Counted from the stretch's first letter, positions 36,448 to 47,481 are shown. The stretch is DNA of 64,000 nt from Alphaproteobacteria bacterium (GCA_041563955.1 JBFGQV010000001.1:1508-65507); one strand, 5' to 3'. Program-made: numbers and translations. Notes: a model not told the origin generated them from the sequence alone.

Positions 36448-39400
36448 TCACTCGGCGGCGCTCGGGATCGGTTCTTTGGCGCGAAACGCGGCCATCAGTT
36501 CCGCCTCACGGGCCTTGCCTTCGCGGACGGCCTTGTCCTTGATATGGCCGAATCCGCGCATGCGATCGGGCAGCGCGGCGATCTCGACCGCCAGGGCGCG
36601 GTTGTCGCCGTCAAGCAACGAGATGACCTCGTCGACCGTCGCCTCGTATTCGGCGGCCAGCCTACGCTCGGCTTTACGCTCCGCAGTGTATGCGAAAATA
36701 TCGAAGACCGTGCCGCGCAGGCCCTTCAGCCGCGCCAGCACCCGGAACAGGCCGAACACCCAGGGCCCGTAGGTGCTTTTCAGCATCTGGCCGGTATGCG
36801 CGTCCCGCCGCGCGAACAGCGGCGGCGCCAGGTGTACGCTGACCTTGTAGTCCCCGGTGAATTGGGCCTGCAACGCGGCGCGGAAATCGTCGCTGCAATA
36901 GAGCCGCGCGACCTCGTATTCGTCCTTGATGGCGAGCAGCTTGAAGTAGTTGCGCGCCACCGCCTCGGCCAACTCCTCGTGGCCGGGCGTGCGCTCCGAC
37001 TCCGCCACCCGCACGCGTGCGACCAGGTCGGCGTAGCGCTGCGCATAGGCCGCGTCCTGATAGGCGGTGAGATACTCGACCCGGCGCGCGACGATGTCGT
37101 CCAGGTCGCGCGCGATGTCCGGGGCCGGCGCGGCGCCGGCGGCCGAGGCGATCGTCTCGACCGCGGGAAGATCCATCGCGGCGCTGCGGCCCCACAGGAA
37201 CGCTTGTTTGTTGGCGTCCACCGCAACGCCGTTCAGCTCGATCGACCGCATCAGGGCCGCGTGCGACAACGGAATCAGCCCCTGCTGCCAGGCGAAGCCC
37301 ACCATGAACAGGTTGGCGCCGATCGAATCGCCGACCAGCGCCAGGGCCAGCCGCGTGGCATCGACGAACCCCGATTGGCCGGCGCCCGTCGCCGCGACGA
37401 TGGCACTGCGCATGTCGTCCGCGGGCAGCGCGAAATCGCGGTTGCGCGTAAAATCGCCGGTCACGCTTTCGTGCGTGTTCACCACCGCGCTGGTCACGCC
37501 GGCCTGCATCTTGGCCAGCGAATTTGCGCCGGCGGTGACCACCAGGTCGCAGCCGATGACCAGGTTGGCGCCGCCGGCGGCGATCTGCACGGCGTGGATA
37601 TCCTGCGGCCGCGCGGCAATCCGAATGTGGCTGGTGACGGCGCCGTATTTCTGGGCGAGGCCGGCGATGTCGAGAACGCCGACGCCCTTGCTCTCCAGAT
37701 GGGCCGCCATGCCGAGCAGCTGCGCGACCGTCACCACGCCGGTGCCGCCGATCCCGGTCACCAGAATGCTGTACGGCGCCTCCAGCGACGGCAGTTCCGG
37801 CTCCGGCAGCGCTGCAGGAAACGGCGACCCGGTGTCCGCGGCGGCGCGTTGCGACTTGCGCAGCGCGCCACCCTCGACGGTCACGAAACTGGGGCAGAAC
37901 CCCTTGATGCAGGAAAAGTCCTTGTTGCAGGCGGATTGGTCGATGGCCCTCTTGCGGCCGAACTCGGTGGCGACGGGGATGACCGACAGACAGTTGGACA
38001 CAACCGAACAGTCGCCGCAGCCCTCGCAGACGGCCTCGTTGATGAAGACGCGCCGGGGCGGGTCGGGAATGCGGCCGCGCTTGCGGCGCCGCCGCTTCTC
38101 GGTGGCGCAGGTCTGGTCGTAGATGATGGCGGTGACGCCGGGGACCTTGCGCAACTCCTTCTGGAGGTGGTCCAGCTCGTCGCGATGATGAACCGTCACG
38201 TCGGGGGCCCAGCCAGCGCCGGCCGGGTACTTGTCGGGCTCGTCGGTGACGACGACGGTCCTGGCGACGCCCTCGCCGTACAGCTGGTTGGTGATCTGCG
38301 GCACTGTCATCTTGCCGTCGACCGGCTGCCCGCCGGTCATCGCGACGGCGTCGTTGAACAGGGTCTTGTAGGTGGCGTTGGCGCCGGACGCGACGGCCTG
38401 GCGGACCGCAAGCAGGCCGGAGTGGAAATACGTACCGTCGCCGATATTGACGAACACGTGTTTCTCCTCGGTGAACGGCGCCTGCCCGACCCAGGTCACG
38501 CCCTCCGCGCCCATCTGGGTGAAGGTCTGGGTGTTCCGGTCCATCCACTGGGCCATGTAGTGGCATCCGATTCCGGCCAGCGCCCGGCTCCCCTCCGGCA
38601 CCCGGGTCGAGGTGTTGTGCGGGCAGCCGGAACAGAAATAGGGCACGCGCTGCGGCGCCGGATGAAGCGAGTCGAGTGCCTTTTCCTTGGCGGCCAGAAA
38701 GGCGAGCCGGGCCTCGATCTTCGGGCTCGAGTGAAAGCGCCCGATGCGATCGGCGATGACCCGGGCGATGCGGGCCGGGGTCAGCGCGCCCGCCGACGGC
38801 AGGATCCATTCCCCCGATTCATCGAACTTGCCGACGATGCGCGGTCGCTTGGCGGCATCCCAGTTGTAGAGCTGTTCCTTAAGCTGGTTTTCGATCAGCG
38901 CCCGCTTCTCCTCGACGACGAGGATCTCATCGAGCCCTTCGGCGAACTGCCGAATCCCTTCACGCTCGAGCGGCCAGGCGAGCGCGACCTTGTAGACCGT
39001 CAGGCCGACTTCCGCGGCGAACGCCTCGTCGATCCCGAGATCTTCGAGCGCCTGGCGCAGGTCGAGGTAGGATTTGCCGGTCGTGACGATGCCGAACCGC
39101 GGCATCGGGCTTGTGACGGCGACGCGGTCGAGCCCGTTGGCGCGGGCAAAGGCGATCGCCGCATACAGCTTGTAGCGGTGCAGCCGGAATTCCTGGTCGT
39201 TCGGCGGGTCGGGCCAGCGGATGTTGAGGCCGCCCTCAGGTATCTCGAAGTCGTCGGGCATCTCGATGCGCAGGCGCAACGGGTCAATCTCGACCGACGC
39301 CGAGGTCTCGACCGTCTCGGCGACCGTCTTGAACCCGACCCAGCATCCCGAATAGCGCGACATCGCGAAGCCGAGCAGACCGAGATCGATCACCTCCTGC

Positions 39401-39927
39401 ACGCCGGCCGGATTGAGCACCGGGATGCTGGCGTCCGCGAAGGCATGATCAGACTGGTGCGGCAGCGTCGACGAGCGACAGGTGTGGTCGTCGCCGGCCA
39501 GCGCCAGCACCCCGCCGTAGCGCGACGTGCCGGCGTTGTTGGCATGTTTCAGCGCGTCGCCCGAGCGGTCCACGCCCGGCCCCTTGCCGTACCACATCGC
39601 AAAGACGCCGTCATAGCGGGCGCCGGAAAACAGGCCGACCTGCTGGCTGCCCCACACGGCGGTCGCCGCCAGGTCCTCGTTCACCCCGGGCTGGAAGCGG
39701 ATGTGGTTGCGTTCGAGAAACGGCTGCGCTTGCCACATCGCCGTATCGAGCCCGCCCAGCGGCGACCCGCGGTACCCGGAGATGAAACACGCGGTGTTGA
39801 GACCGGCCGCGACATCCCGTTGGCGCTGCAGCATCGGCAGGCGGACCAGGGCCTGCGTGCCGGTCAGGTAGACGCGGCCCGTCTCGCGCTCGTACTTGTC
39901 GTTCAGGGTTACCTCTGCCAGCGGCAT
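36448..39927 (-). CDS. Indolepyruvate ferredoxin oxidoreductase-family protein (fused alpha/beta)
   Basis: ATG 39927 (MPLAEVTLNDKYERETGRVYLTGTQALVRLPMLQ). TPP-binding region (GDGTYFHSG). 4Fe-4S cysteines (CEGCGDCSVVSNC). 1159 aa. Confidence 0.9.
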   Translation of the reverse strand: MPLAEVTLNDKYERETGRVYLTGTQALVRLPMLQRQRDVAAGLNTACFISGYRGSPLGGLDTAMWQAQPFLERNHIRFQPGVNEDLAATAVWGSQQVGLFSGARYDGVFAMWYGKGPGVDRSGDALKHANNAGTSRYGGVLALAGDDHTCRSSTLPHQSDHAFADASIPVLNPAGVQEVIDLGLLGFAMSRYSGCWVGFKTVAETVETSASVEIDPLRLRIEMPDDFEIPEGGLNIRWPDPPNDQEFRLHRYKLYAAIAFARANGLDRVAVTSPMPRFGIVTTGKSYLDLRQALEDLGIDEAFAAEVGLTVYKVALAWPLEREGIRQFAEGLDEILVVEEKRALIENQLKEQLYNWDAAKRPRIVGKFDESGEWILPSAGALTPARIARVIADRIGRFHSSPKIEARLAFLAAKEKALDSLHPAPQRVPYFCSGCPHNTSTRVPEGSRALAGIGCHYMAQWMDRNTQTFTQMGAEGVTWVGQAPFTEEKHVFVNIGDGTYFHSGLLAVRQAVASGANATYKTLFNDAVAMTGGQPVDGKMTVPQITNQLYGEGVARTVVVTDEPDKYPAGAGWAPDVTVHHRDELDHLQKELRKVPGVTAIIYDQTCATEKRRRRKRGRIPDPPRRVFINEAVCEGCGDCSVVSNCLSVIPVATEFGRKRAIDQSACNKDFSCIKGFCPSFVTVEGGALRKSQRAAADTGSPFPAALPEPELPSLEAPYSILVTGIGGTGVVTVAQLLGMAAHLESKGVGVLDIAGLAQKYGAVTSHIRIAARPQDIHAVQIAAGGANLVIGCDLVVTAGANSLAKMQAGVTSAVVNTHESVTGDFTRNRDFALPADDMRSAIVAATGAGQSGFVDATRLALALVGDSIGANLFMVGFAWQQGLIPLSHAALMRSIELNGVAVDANKQAFLWGRSAAMDLPAVETIASAAGAAPAPDIARDLDDIVARRVEYLTAYQDAAYAQRYADLVARVRVAESERTPGHEELAEAVARNYFKLLAIKDEYEVARLYCSDDFRAALQAQFTGDYKVSVHLAPPLFARRDAHTGQMLKSTYGPWVFGLFRVLARLKGLRGTVFDIFAYTAERKAERRLAAEYEATVDEVISLLDGDNRALAVEIAALPDRMRGFGHIKDKAVREGKAREAELMAAFRAKEPIPSAAE

Positions 39928-40135
39928 CGCTGCCGACCCTCCGAAAGCGTTTCCGGATCCCGCACTACAGATATCATACTCAAAGGGTAGCCAGCTTGGT
40001 GCGGAATTCAATCGCCGCCTCCGGCGCCCGGGCAAAACGACCTATTCTGCACCTGTTCGGTGCGGCGGCATGCGGGATATTTCACCGACGGCCGGTCCAA
40101 GGGCACGAATCGTGCCGCCAGGTCGCGCAGGCGTT

Positions 40136-40723
40136 TCAGCCGCTGTCCGGGGGAATCACCTTGACCCGGTCGACGATGTTGCGGACGCCCGGCACCCTGC
40201 CGACGACCTCGAGCGCGAGGTCGCGCTCGGCCAGGCTCAGCGCGCGGCCGAACATGTAGATGGTGCCGTTCACGCTGTGCCAGCGCAGATTGGCCGAGCG
40301 GACGCCGTCGGTGGCGCGCAGGTCCCTCTTGATCCTGGTCTCGATCGCAAGGTCCGCCGCGGCGTCCCGCATCTCGGCGTCCGGCACGACCTGGATCTCG
40401 TTGTAGATCGGATTCGCGCCCGTCACCGACGCGGCGAGGGCCCCGGCGGTCGCCTTGCCGCCCTGGTCGATGACCGTGCCGGTCAGCAGCACCGCGCCCT
40501 CATACACGTCAACCGTGACGTTCTTCAGCCGGCCGACCTCCTGCTCGACATACAGGGCCTGGATATCGAGCCGAATGCGCGCATCCTCACGCGCCACGAG
40601 AATCCCGCGCTCCTCGATATAGGTCCGCGGATCCTCCAGCACGACCACGGTCGGGCTCTGGCAACTCGACACCGGCAATGCGGCGGCCAGCAGTACCGGT
40701 GCGAGCCGGCGGAACGCGATCAT
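40136..40723 (-). CDS. BON-domain lipoprotein (OsmY-like)
   Basis: Lipobox LAAALPVSSC. Two BON-like repeats (VTVDVYEGAVLLTGTV and LRWHSVNGTIYMFGRA). Confidence 0.85.
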   Translation of the reverse strand: MIAFRRLAPVLLAAALPVSSCQSPTVVVLEDPRTYIEERGILVAREDARIRLDIQALYVEQEVGRLKNVTVDVYEGAVLLTGTVIDQGGKATAGALAASVTGANPIYNEIQVVPDAEMRDAAADLAIETRIKRDLRATDGVRSANLRWHSVNGTIYMFGRALSLAERDLALEVVGRVPGVRNIVDRVKVIPPDSG

Positions 40724-40774
40724 GGTGCTCTGCTGCAGCTTGTCGTCGCAGTGGGGGCGGCGCCGGGCGGGTCG

Positions 40775-42574
40775 TTACTTGCCGTAGAGCGTATCGAGTG
40801 CGGTGCCATACTTTTCCCTGATTACGTGCCTGCGGATCTTCATGCTCGGCGTCAGCATGCTGTTGTCGATGGTGAAGCTCTCCGCCGTCAGGATGAATTT
40901 CCGCACCCGCTCGATGACGGAAAGCTTCTTGTTCACCCTGTCGACGGCAGTGCCGACCGTCCTTATGAAATCGGTATCCTCGATGAGCGCTGCAAGGTCC
41001 CCCTGTCGATTGTTTTCCTTCGCCCAGGCGGAAGCGAATTCGTCGTCCGGCACGATCAACGCCACCAGATGCGGCTTGCGGTCGCCATGCACCATCGCCT
41101 GCGCGATTTCCGGTTCGACGGTCAACATCCCTTCGATACGTTGCGGCGAGACGTTGTCGCCGCCCGAATTGACGATGATGTCTTTCTTGCGATCGGTGAT
41201 CTTGATGCACCCGTCATTGTCGATCAGCCCGATATCGCCCGTGTGCAGCCAGCCGTCCTTCATGACTTCTAGGGTCGCTTCCTGGTTGTTCCAGTAGCCC
41301 GCCATCAGCAGTTCCCCGCGCACCAGGATCTCCCCGTCATCCGCGATCCTGACCTCGACATCCTTCAGGGGAGGGCCGACCGTGTCGATCTTGTTGCGGT
41401 CGTGCCTGTTGACCGAGACAACGGGGGCGGCTTCGGTCTGCCCATAGCCCTGCAGCAGCCGCACGCCCAGCGCGATGAAGAACACGCCGATCTCGTAGTT
41501 GAGGGCGGCGCCGCCCGACACGAACGCTTTCAGGCGACCGCCGAACCGGGCCGCGACCTTCCGGCGCACCAGCCTGTCGAGCAGCGCATTCTGCACCCGT
41601 TCGCCGAAGCTCAGGCTGCCAGGAGCCTCGTATCGTTTGCGGCCAAGCGCCACCGCCTTCATGAACAGGTTCTGCCGGAACGGGCTCTGGCTCTTGAGGC
41701 CGCGCAGGATCCGGCCGTAGATCGACTCGTAGAGTCGCGGCACCGCGGTCATGATCGTCGGCCGGCTTTCCGCGATGTTGGCGACCAGCTTGTCCAGCGA
41801 CTCCGCGTAGTAGATCTCCGCGCCGATCGACATCGGGAAGAACTGTCCGGCGGTGTGTTCGTAGGCGTGGGACAGCGGCAGGAAACTGAGGAAGATCTCG
41901 CCAGGCTCGTGGTAGCCGGGCAGGCGGGCGATCACATCATGCGCACCCATGCAGTTGCAGATGATCGCCCCGTGGCTCAGCATCACGCCCTTGGGCCGGC
42001 CGCCCGTGCCCGATGTGTAGATCAGGCAGCAGGTGTCGCCGCGCTCCGGCTTCGCGGCGAATTCGCGCACATCGTCCGCGAGTTCGCGACCCTTCTCCAG
42101 CGCTTCCTCCCAGGTGTAGATGCGCAAGCCTTGGCCGGGCACCGGTTCCGGCGTCTCCAGGCAGATCGCGAACTCTGTCGTTGGTGCGCGCATCGCCGCC
42201 GGCAGCGCTCGCTTTGCCAGCGCCTTGGTGGAGATGACGAGCCCCTTCGCGCCGCTGTCGTCGAGGAGGTAGTGGTGATCGTCCTCGGAATTGGTCGTAT
42301 AAGCCGGCACGGTGATGGCGCCGGCGGCCATGATCGCGACGTCGGCGATCAGCCAGGCGGGGCGGTTCTCCGACACCAGCGCCACCCGGTCACCCGGTTC
42401 CACGCCCAGCGCCCGCAGGGTCCGGGACAGCTCGCTGATCCGCGTCGCGACCTCCGCCCAGCTCTGACTGCGCCACTCCGTGTCCGGCTTCGACCAAAGA
42501 AACGGCCGATCCGCGAAACGTTCGGCCTGGTCGAAGAACATCGTCGGAAGGTTTCGGATGGACTGGTAATCCAT
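40775..42574 (-). CDS. Long-chain-fatty-acid-CoA ligase (AMP-dependent synthetase)
   Basis: AMP-binding motif IYTSGTGGRPKGV, plus GYGQTE and TGDIG. Confidence 0.9.
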   Translation of the reverse strand: MDYQSIRNLPTMFFDQAERFADRPFLWSKPDTEWRSQSWAEVATRISELSRTLRALGVEPGDRVALVSENRPAWLIADVAIMAAGAITVPAYTTNSEDDHHYLLDDSGAKGLVISTKALAKRALPAAMRAPTTEFAICLETPEPVPGQGLRIYTWEEALEKGRELADDVREFAAKPERGDTCCLIYTSGTGGRPKGVMLSHGAIICNCMGAHDVIARLPGYHEPGEIFLSFLPLSHAYEHTAGQFFPMSIGAEIYYAESLDKLVANIAESRPTIMTAVPRLYESIYGRILRGLKSQSPFRQNLFMKAVALGRKRYEAPGSLSFGERVQNALLDRLVRRKVAARFGGRLKAFVSGGAALNYEIGVFFIALGVRLLQGYGQTEAAPVVSVNRHDRNKIDTVGPPLKDVEVRIADDGEILVRGELLMAGYWNNQEATLEVMKDGWLHTGDIGLIDNDGCIKITDRKKDIIVNSGGDNVSPQRIEGMLTVEPEIAQAMVHGDRKPHLVALIVPDDEFASAWAKENNRQGDLAALIEDTDFIRTVGTAVDRVNKKLSVIERVRKFILTAESFTIDNSMLTPSMKIRRHVIREKYGTALDTLYGK

Positions 42575-42680
42575 GTACGTTCCCCCTCAGTCGGCAGCGC
42601 CCGCTGATGTTCAGGCGTCTTGCCCAAAGCGTCCGACCGACATATATCGGGCCAAGCCGGAGACAACGGGGATTATATGC

Positions 42681-44459
42681 ATGACCAGTGGTTCAGCGCT
42701 AGGCACGTTGCCCGAGTGGGATCTCAGCGATCTCTATGGCGGGCCGGACGCAGAGGAACTCTCCGCGGACCTCGATCGCGGCTCGGCGGCGGTGGAGGCA
42801 TTCGCGGCGCGCTACAAGGGCAAGCTCGCGGAGCTTGACGGCGCGGCGCTGGGCGGCGCGATCGCCGAGTACGAGCGGATCGACGAGAGCCTTTCAAAGA
42901 TCGGCAGCTTCGCGCAGCTGGTGTACGCAGGCGATCAGTCGGACCCGGCGAACGGCAAGTTCTACCAGGGCATACAGGAGCGCCTGAATGCGATCGCCAC
43001 GCAGCTCCTGTTCTTCACGCTGGAGCTCAACCGGCTGGAGGACGCCCGGCTCGAGGATCTGCTGTCGGACCCGGGGCTGGCTCGGTACCGGCCATGGCTG
43101 CGCGACGTGCGGGCGATGCGGCCGCACCAGCTGGACGACGAGATCGAACGGGTGCTGCACGAAAAGCACGTGGTCGGACGCGCCGCCTGGATACGCCTGT
43201 TCGACGAGACCATGGCCGGTCTGCGGTTCCCGTTCCGCGGCGCCGAGTTGACCGAGGCCGAGATTCTCAACCTGATGTCCGATCCCGACGGCGGAAGGCG
43301 GCGCGAGGCGGCCGAAAGCCTCGGCCGCGTTCTCGGCGCCAATATCCGCATGCTGGCGCTGATCACCAACACGCTGGCCAAGGACAAGGAGATCGAGGAT
43401 GGCTGGCGCAAATTCGCGCGCCCGGATTCGTCGCGCAATCTTTCCAATTTCGTCGAGGACGAGGTCGTCGATGCGCTGTCCACGGCGGTGCGCAACGCAT
43501 ATCCGGACCTGTCGCACCGCTATTACGCGCTCAAGGCGAAGTGGTTCGGCGCCGACCGGCTGGACTACTGGGACCGCAACGCGCCGCTCCCGGACTCCGA
43601 CGATAGGATCATTGCCTGGGACGAGGCGCGCCGCACGGTTCTCGACGCCTATGCGGCCTTCTCGCCGGACATGGCCGATGTCGGCAGGCGGTTCTTCGAC
43701 CATGCCTGGATCGATGCGCCGGTGCGGCCGGGCAAGGCGTCCGGCGCGTTCGCGCACCCCACCGTGCCCTCGGCCCACCCCTATCTGCTGCTCAACTACC
43801 AGGGCAAGACGCGCGACGTGATGACGCTGGCGCACGAGCTGGGGCACGGCGTGCACCAGGTGCTGGCGGGCAGACAGGGGCACCTGATGGCGGATACGCC
43901 GCTGACGCTGGCGGAGACGGCATCGGTGTTCGGCGAGATGTTGACCTTCCGGGCGATGCTGAAGCAGACGGAGGACCGGGTCGCACGCCGTGCCATGCTG
44001 GCCGGCAAGGTGGAGGACATGCTGAATACCGTGGTCCGCCAGATCGCCTTCTACGAGTTCGAGAAACGCGTGCACGGTGAGCGCCGCAACGGCGAACTGA
44101 TGGCCGAGCGTCTCGGCGAGATCTGGATGGACGTCCAGACCGAGAGCCTTGGCCCGGCGCTGCGCTTCGACGACAATTACCGGGTGTTCTGGAGCTATAT
44201 TCCGCACTTCGTGCATTCGCCGTTCTACGTGTACGCATACGCGTTCGGGGACTGCCTCGTGAACTCGCTGTACGCGACGTACGAGGATGCCGAGGCCGGC
44301 TTTGCCGAACGCTACCTCGATATGCTGCGTGCCGGCGGCACGCTGCGCCACAGGGAGCTGCTCGCGCCTTTCGGGCTCGATGCGAGTGCGCCGGAGTTCT
44401 GGAGCCGCGGCCTTGCGGTCGTCGGCGGCCTGATCGACGAACTCGAGGCGCTGTCTTGA
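42681..44459 (+). CDS. pepF: M3-family oligoendopeptidase (PepF-like)
   Basis: ATG 42681 (MTSGSALGTLPEWDLSDLY). Zinc motif HELGHGVH with downstream E. 592 aa. Confidence 0.9.
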   Translation: MTSGSALGTLPEWDLSDLYGGPDAEELSADLDRGSAAVEAFAARYKGKLAELDGAALGGAIAEYERIDESLSKIGSFAQLVYAGDQSDPANGKFYQGIQERLNAIATQLLFFTLELNRLEDARLEDLLSDPGLARYRPWLRDVRAMRPHQLDDEIERVLHEKHVVGRAAWIRLFDETMAGLRFPFRGAELTEAEILNLMSDPDGGRRREAAESLGRVLGANIRMLALITNTLAKDKEIEDGWRKFARPDSSRNLSNFVEDEVVDALSTAVRNAYPDLSHRYYALKAKWFGADRLDYWDRNAPLPDSDDRIIAWDEARRTVLDAYAAFSPDMADVGRRFFDHAWIDAPVRPGKASGAFAHPTVPSAHPYLLLNYQGKTRDVMTLAHELGHGVHQVLAGRQGHLMADTPLTLAETASVFGEMLTFRAMLKQTEDRVARRAMLAGKVEDMLNTVVRQIAFYEFEKRVHGERRNGELMAERLGEIWMDVQTESLGPALRFDDNYRVFWSYIPHFVHSPFYVYAYAFGDCLVNSLYATYEDAEAGFAERYLDMLRAGGTLRHRELLAPFGLDASAPEFWSRGLAVVGGLIDELEALS

Positions 44460-45274
44460 CCTTCGCCCGCCGCTACCAGCCGCAGCTGGAAGTGCTGCAC
44501 CGGCCGCCCGCAATAGAGGCCGGCCGGGAGCGCCCGCCGCTGCTGTTCATCCATGGCGGCTTCGTCGGCGCCTGGTGCTGGGACGAGACGTTCCTCGACT
44601 GGTTCGCTTCCCGCGGCTGGGACTGCCATGCGCCCAGCCTGCGCGGACACGGCGCCAGCGAAGGCGCGGCCGAGCTGCATGACTTCGGGATCGACGACTA
44701 CGTGGCGGACGTCGTCCATGTCGCCGGGAGCCTCGACGAACCACCGATCCTGGTCGGCCATTCGATGGGCGGCTTCGTCGCCCAGCGTTATCTGGAGCGC
44801 CACCCGGCGATGGCTGCGGTGTTGCTGGCGCCGGTGCCGGCGACCGGCATGTGCGGCGCCGGTTTCGCGATGGCTGCCACCAATCCCGGGTTGTTCGTCG
44901 ATGTCGGGCTGGCGTATGAGCTGGGGCGGCGTGCGCCGACGCCGGCGGTCCTGTTCGAGGCCGTGTTCGGCCACGAGGCGGATAACGGCTTCGAGGTCTG
45001 CGGGCAGCGGCTGGGCGATGAATCGCACCGCGCCTGGACGGACATGTGCCTGCCCACCTTCATCGACACGGCTCGCATCCCGGACCTGCCGCTGCTGGTC
45101 GTCGGCGGCGGCGCCGACCGCATCATCCCGCCCGCATTCATCCGGTCGGCGGCGCGCATGCTCGGCACCAGCGCGAAGATCCTGCCCGGGCTTGGCCATG
45201 CGCTGATGCTGGAGGCCGGCTGGGAGGAGGTCGCCGGACAGGTCGACGGATGGCTGCGCGCGCAGGGGTTCTGA
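44456..45274 (+). CDS. Alpha/beta hydrolase
   Basis: LLFIHGG, nucleophile elbow GHSMGG, C-terminal LPGLGHA. The track start is a TTG overlapping the pepF stop, so the true start is uncertain. Confidence 0.8.
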   Translation: MTFARRYQPQLEVLHRPPAIEAGRERPPLLFIHGGFVGAWCWDETFLDWFASRGWDCHAPSLRGHGASEGAAELHDFGIDDYVADVVHVAGSLDEPPILVGHSMGGFVAQRYLERHPAMAAVLLAPVPATGMCGAGFAMAATNPGLFVDVGLAYELGRRAPTPAVLFEAVFGHEADNGFEVCGQRLGDESHRAWTDMCLPTFIDTARIPDLPLLVVGGGADRIIPPAFIRSAARMLGTSAKILPGLGHALMLEAGWEEVAGQVDGWLRAQGF

Positions 45275-45382
45275 AGTTACGGATTTATTCACTTCTCGGT
45301 GCTTTCATCTCCGAAGGCGGCAGCGGCACAATCGGCAGGGCGGCCGTCGTGCATGGGATGGTAGCGCGGGGGGCGAGCGATC

Positions 45383-46018
45383 GTGACCGACAGAGCTGAA
45401 CTGGGCAATGCGGCGGCGGCGGCCGCGATCATCGCGCACATCCGCGCGCATATCGGCCCGGTCGATTCGGTGTTCCACCAATTCGATGCGGCTGGCGTCG
45501 GCGTCGATGTCCATCATGTGCCGCCCACGAAGAAGCGCAAGGTGCACACGCTGGTCACCACCGGCATGAGCGACAAGCCGATGCCGAAAGGTTCGGGTGC
45601 GAAGTTCGGGGAGTTGGTCATGCGCCTGCCGTCCGACTGGCCGATGAGCGACGATGCGCTCGATGCCGACAGCGCTGCCTGGCCGATCGTCCTCTTGCAG
45701 GCGTTGGGTCGCTTGCCGCACGAGAACGCCGTCGCCTATGACTTCGGCCTGTGCATCGATGGCGACGGGCTGCCATTCGACCTCGCCGCCGCGACAGGCT
45801 TTGCCGGTGTCCTGCTGGCGCCGCCGGTGACGGTTCCCGACGCGTTCTGGTGTCTCGATGCAGGGGACGGCAAGATCGTCGATTTCTTCGGCGTGGTGAT
45901 GCTGTATCCCGACGAGGTGGCGCTGGCCAAGAGCGAGGGTGTCGTCGCGCTGGCGCACGGGCTCGATGCGCTGAAGGTCACCGAGCTCGTGAAACCCGGT
46001 CGCAAATCCGCAGCATAG
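45383..46018 (+). CDS. Suppressor-of-fused (SUFU)-like domain protein
   Basis: GTG start. HTLVTTGMSDKPMP...ELVMRLPSDWP...WPIVLLQALGRLPHE...FFGVVMLYPDEV matches my recollection of bacterial SUFU-like proteins. Confidence 0.65.
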   Translation: MTDRAELGNAAAAAAIIAHIRAHIGPVDSVFHQFDAAGVGVDVHHVPPTKKRKVHTLVTTGMSDKPMPKGSGAKFGELVMRLPSDWPMSDDALDADSAAWPIVLLQALGRLPHENAVAYDFGLCIDGDGLPFDLAAATGFAGVLLAPPVTVPDAFWCLDAGDGKIVDFFGVVMLYPDEVALAKSEGVVALAHGLDALKVTELVKPGRKSAA

Positions 46019-46137
46019 GCCGTTCGCCGGCCGATACCGGTGCGCCGCTTGTCGCCGCCGCGCGGCGCGGCTGTGATCCGGCCGCCGTTTCGAGTCGTAA
46101 CCTTGTAAACGGATCGCGCGACCCCATTCTTGATGCC

Positions 46138-47481
46138 ATGGCAGAATCGGAAAACAGTCTGACCGGCCGAATGCGCCGCTATGCCCGCGTCGGCGGGGCG
46201 GTGGGGGGCGTCGCGGCGCGTTTCGCCGGCTCACGCCTGTTCGGGATCGAGCTCGACCGCGATCGCCACGCCGCCGAGCTGACGCGCGCCCTCGGCGGCC
46301 TGAAGGGGCCGCTGATGAAGGTGGCGCAGCTGCTGGCGACGATTCCCGATGCGCTGCCCGCCGAATACGCGGCCGAGCTCGCGCAGCTGCAGTCGGACGC
46401 CCCGTCGATGGGCTGGCCGTTCGTGCGGCGGCGCATGGCCAGCGAGCTGGGGTCGGACTGGCGCGCCCGGTTCGAGGAGTTCGACCGCGATGCCGCGCAC
46501 GCCGCTTCGCTCGGTCAGGTGCATCGCGCGATCGGGCTGGACGGGCGCGAGCTCGCCTGCAAGCTGCAATATCCGGACATGGCCTCGGCGGTGGAGGCGG
46601 ACCTGCGGCAGCTCAAGCTCGTGTTTTCCATCTACGAACGCTACGACAACGCGATTTCGACGCAGCAGATCCACGCGGAGATCTCCGAGCGTTTGCGCGA
46701 GGAGCTGGACTACGACCGCGAAGCGCGCCACATGCGGCTCTATGCCGAGATGCTGGCGGACGAGACGGGCGTCTTCTTGCCGGAGACGATCGCCGAGCTT
46801 TCCACCGACCGGCTGCTGACCATGACCTGGCTCGATGGACACCCGCTGACCCGGTTCGGCGAATCCGAGCTCGAATTCCGCAACACCGTGGCCCACAACA
46901 TGTTCCGCGCCTGGTACGTGCCGTTCTATTACTACGGGGTGATCCACGGCGATCCCCATCTCGGCAACTACAGTGCCCGCCCGGACGGTTCGATCAACCT
47001 TTTGGATTTCGGCTGCATCCGGGTGTTCCCACCGTCCTTCGTGCGCGGCGTGATCGATCTCTACCATGCCCTGCAGGACGGTGACCGGGACCTCGCGGTC
47101 CATGCCTACGAAACCTGGGGATTTACCGGGCTCAGCGACGAGATGATCGATACCCTGAACATCTGGGCAGAATTCGTCTACTCGCCGCTGATGGAGGATC
47201 GCGTCCAGCCGATCCAGGAAACCGACAGCGGCCTCTACGGCGCGCGGGTGGCGAGTCGCGTGCACGCCGAGCTGCGCCGTCTCGGCGGCGTGATGCCGCC
47301 GCGCGAGTTTGTCCTCATGGATCGCGCCGCGATTGGCCTCGGCTCGGTGTTCCTGCGGCTTAAAGCGGAAATTAACTGGCACAACCTGTTCCACGGTCTG
47401 ATCGGCGATTTCGACGAGGCGGTCCTCGAACGCCGTCAGCGAGAGACCCTTGCGGCCGCGGGGCTCGACGCGACGTCGTGA
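46138..47481 (+). CDS. ABC1/UbiB-family atypical kinase
   Basis: ATG 46138 (MAESENSLTG). LKGPLMKVAQLLAT, AASLGQVHRA, HGDPHLGN are ABC1 signatures. The track ORF starts 387 nt too early. Confidence 0.9.
   Translation: MAESENSLTGRMRRYARVGGAVGGVAARFAGSRLFGIELDRDRHAAELTRALGGLKGPLMKVAQLLATIPDALPAEYAAELAQLQSDAPSMGWPFVRRRMASELGSDWRARFEEFDRDAAHAASLGQVHRAIGLDGRELACKLQYPDMASAVEADLRQLKLVFSIYERYDNAISTQQIHAEISERLREELDYDREARHMRLYAEMLADETGVFLPETIAELSTDRLLTMTWLDGHPLTRFGESELEFRNTVAHNMFRAWYVPFYYYGVIHGDPHLGNYSARPDGSINLLDFGCIRVFPPSFVRGVIDLYHALQDGDRDLAVHAYETWGFTGLSDEMIDTLNIWAEFVYSPLMEDRVQPIQETDSGLYGARVASRVHAELRRLGGVMPPREFVLMDRAAIGLGSVFLRLKAEINWHNLFHGLIGDFDEAVLERRQRETLAAAGLDATS

Noticed and set aside
36544-39990. 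1148-aa + strand ORF
   Set aside because: Exactly antisense to the well-supported indolepyruvate oxidoreductase gene. The translation is Arg/Gly/Asp/His-rich, low complexity and without motifs. This is a typical stop-poor shadow frame of high-GC DNA.
42894-44513. 539-aa minus-strand ORF
   Set aside because: Antisense to the M3 peptidase (HELGH motif on the + strand).
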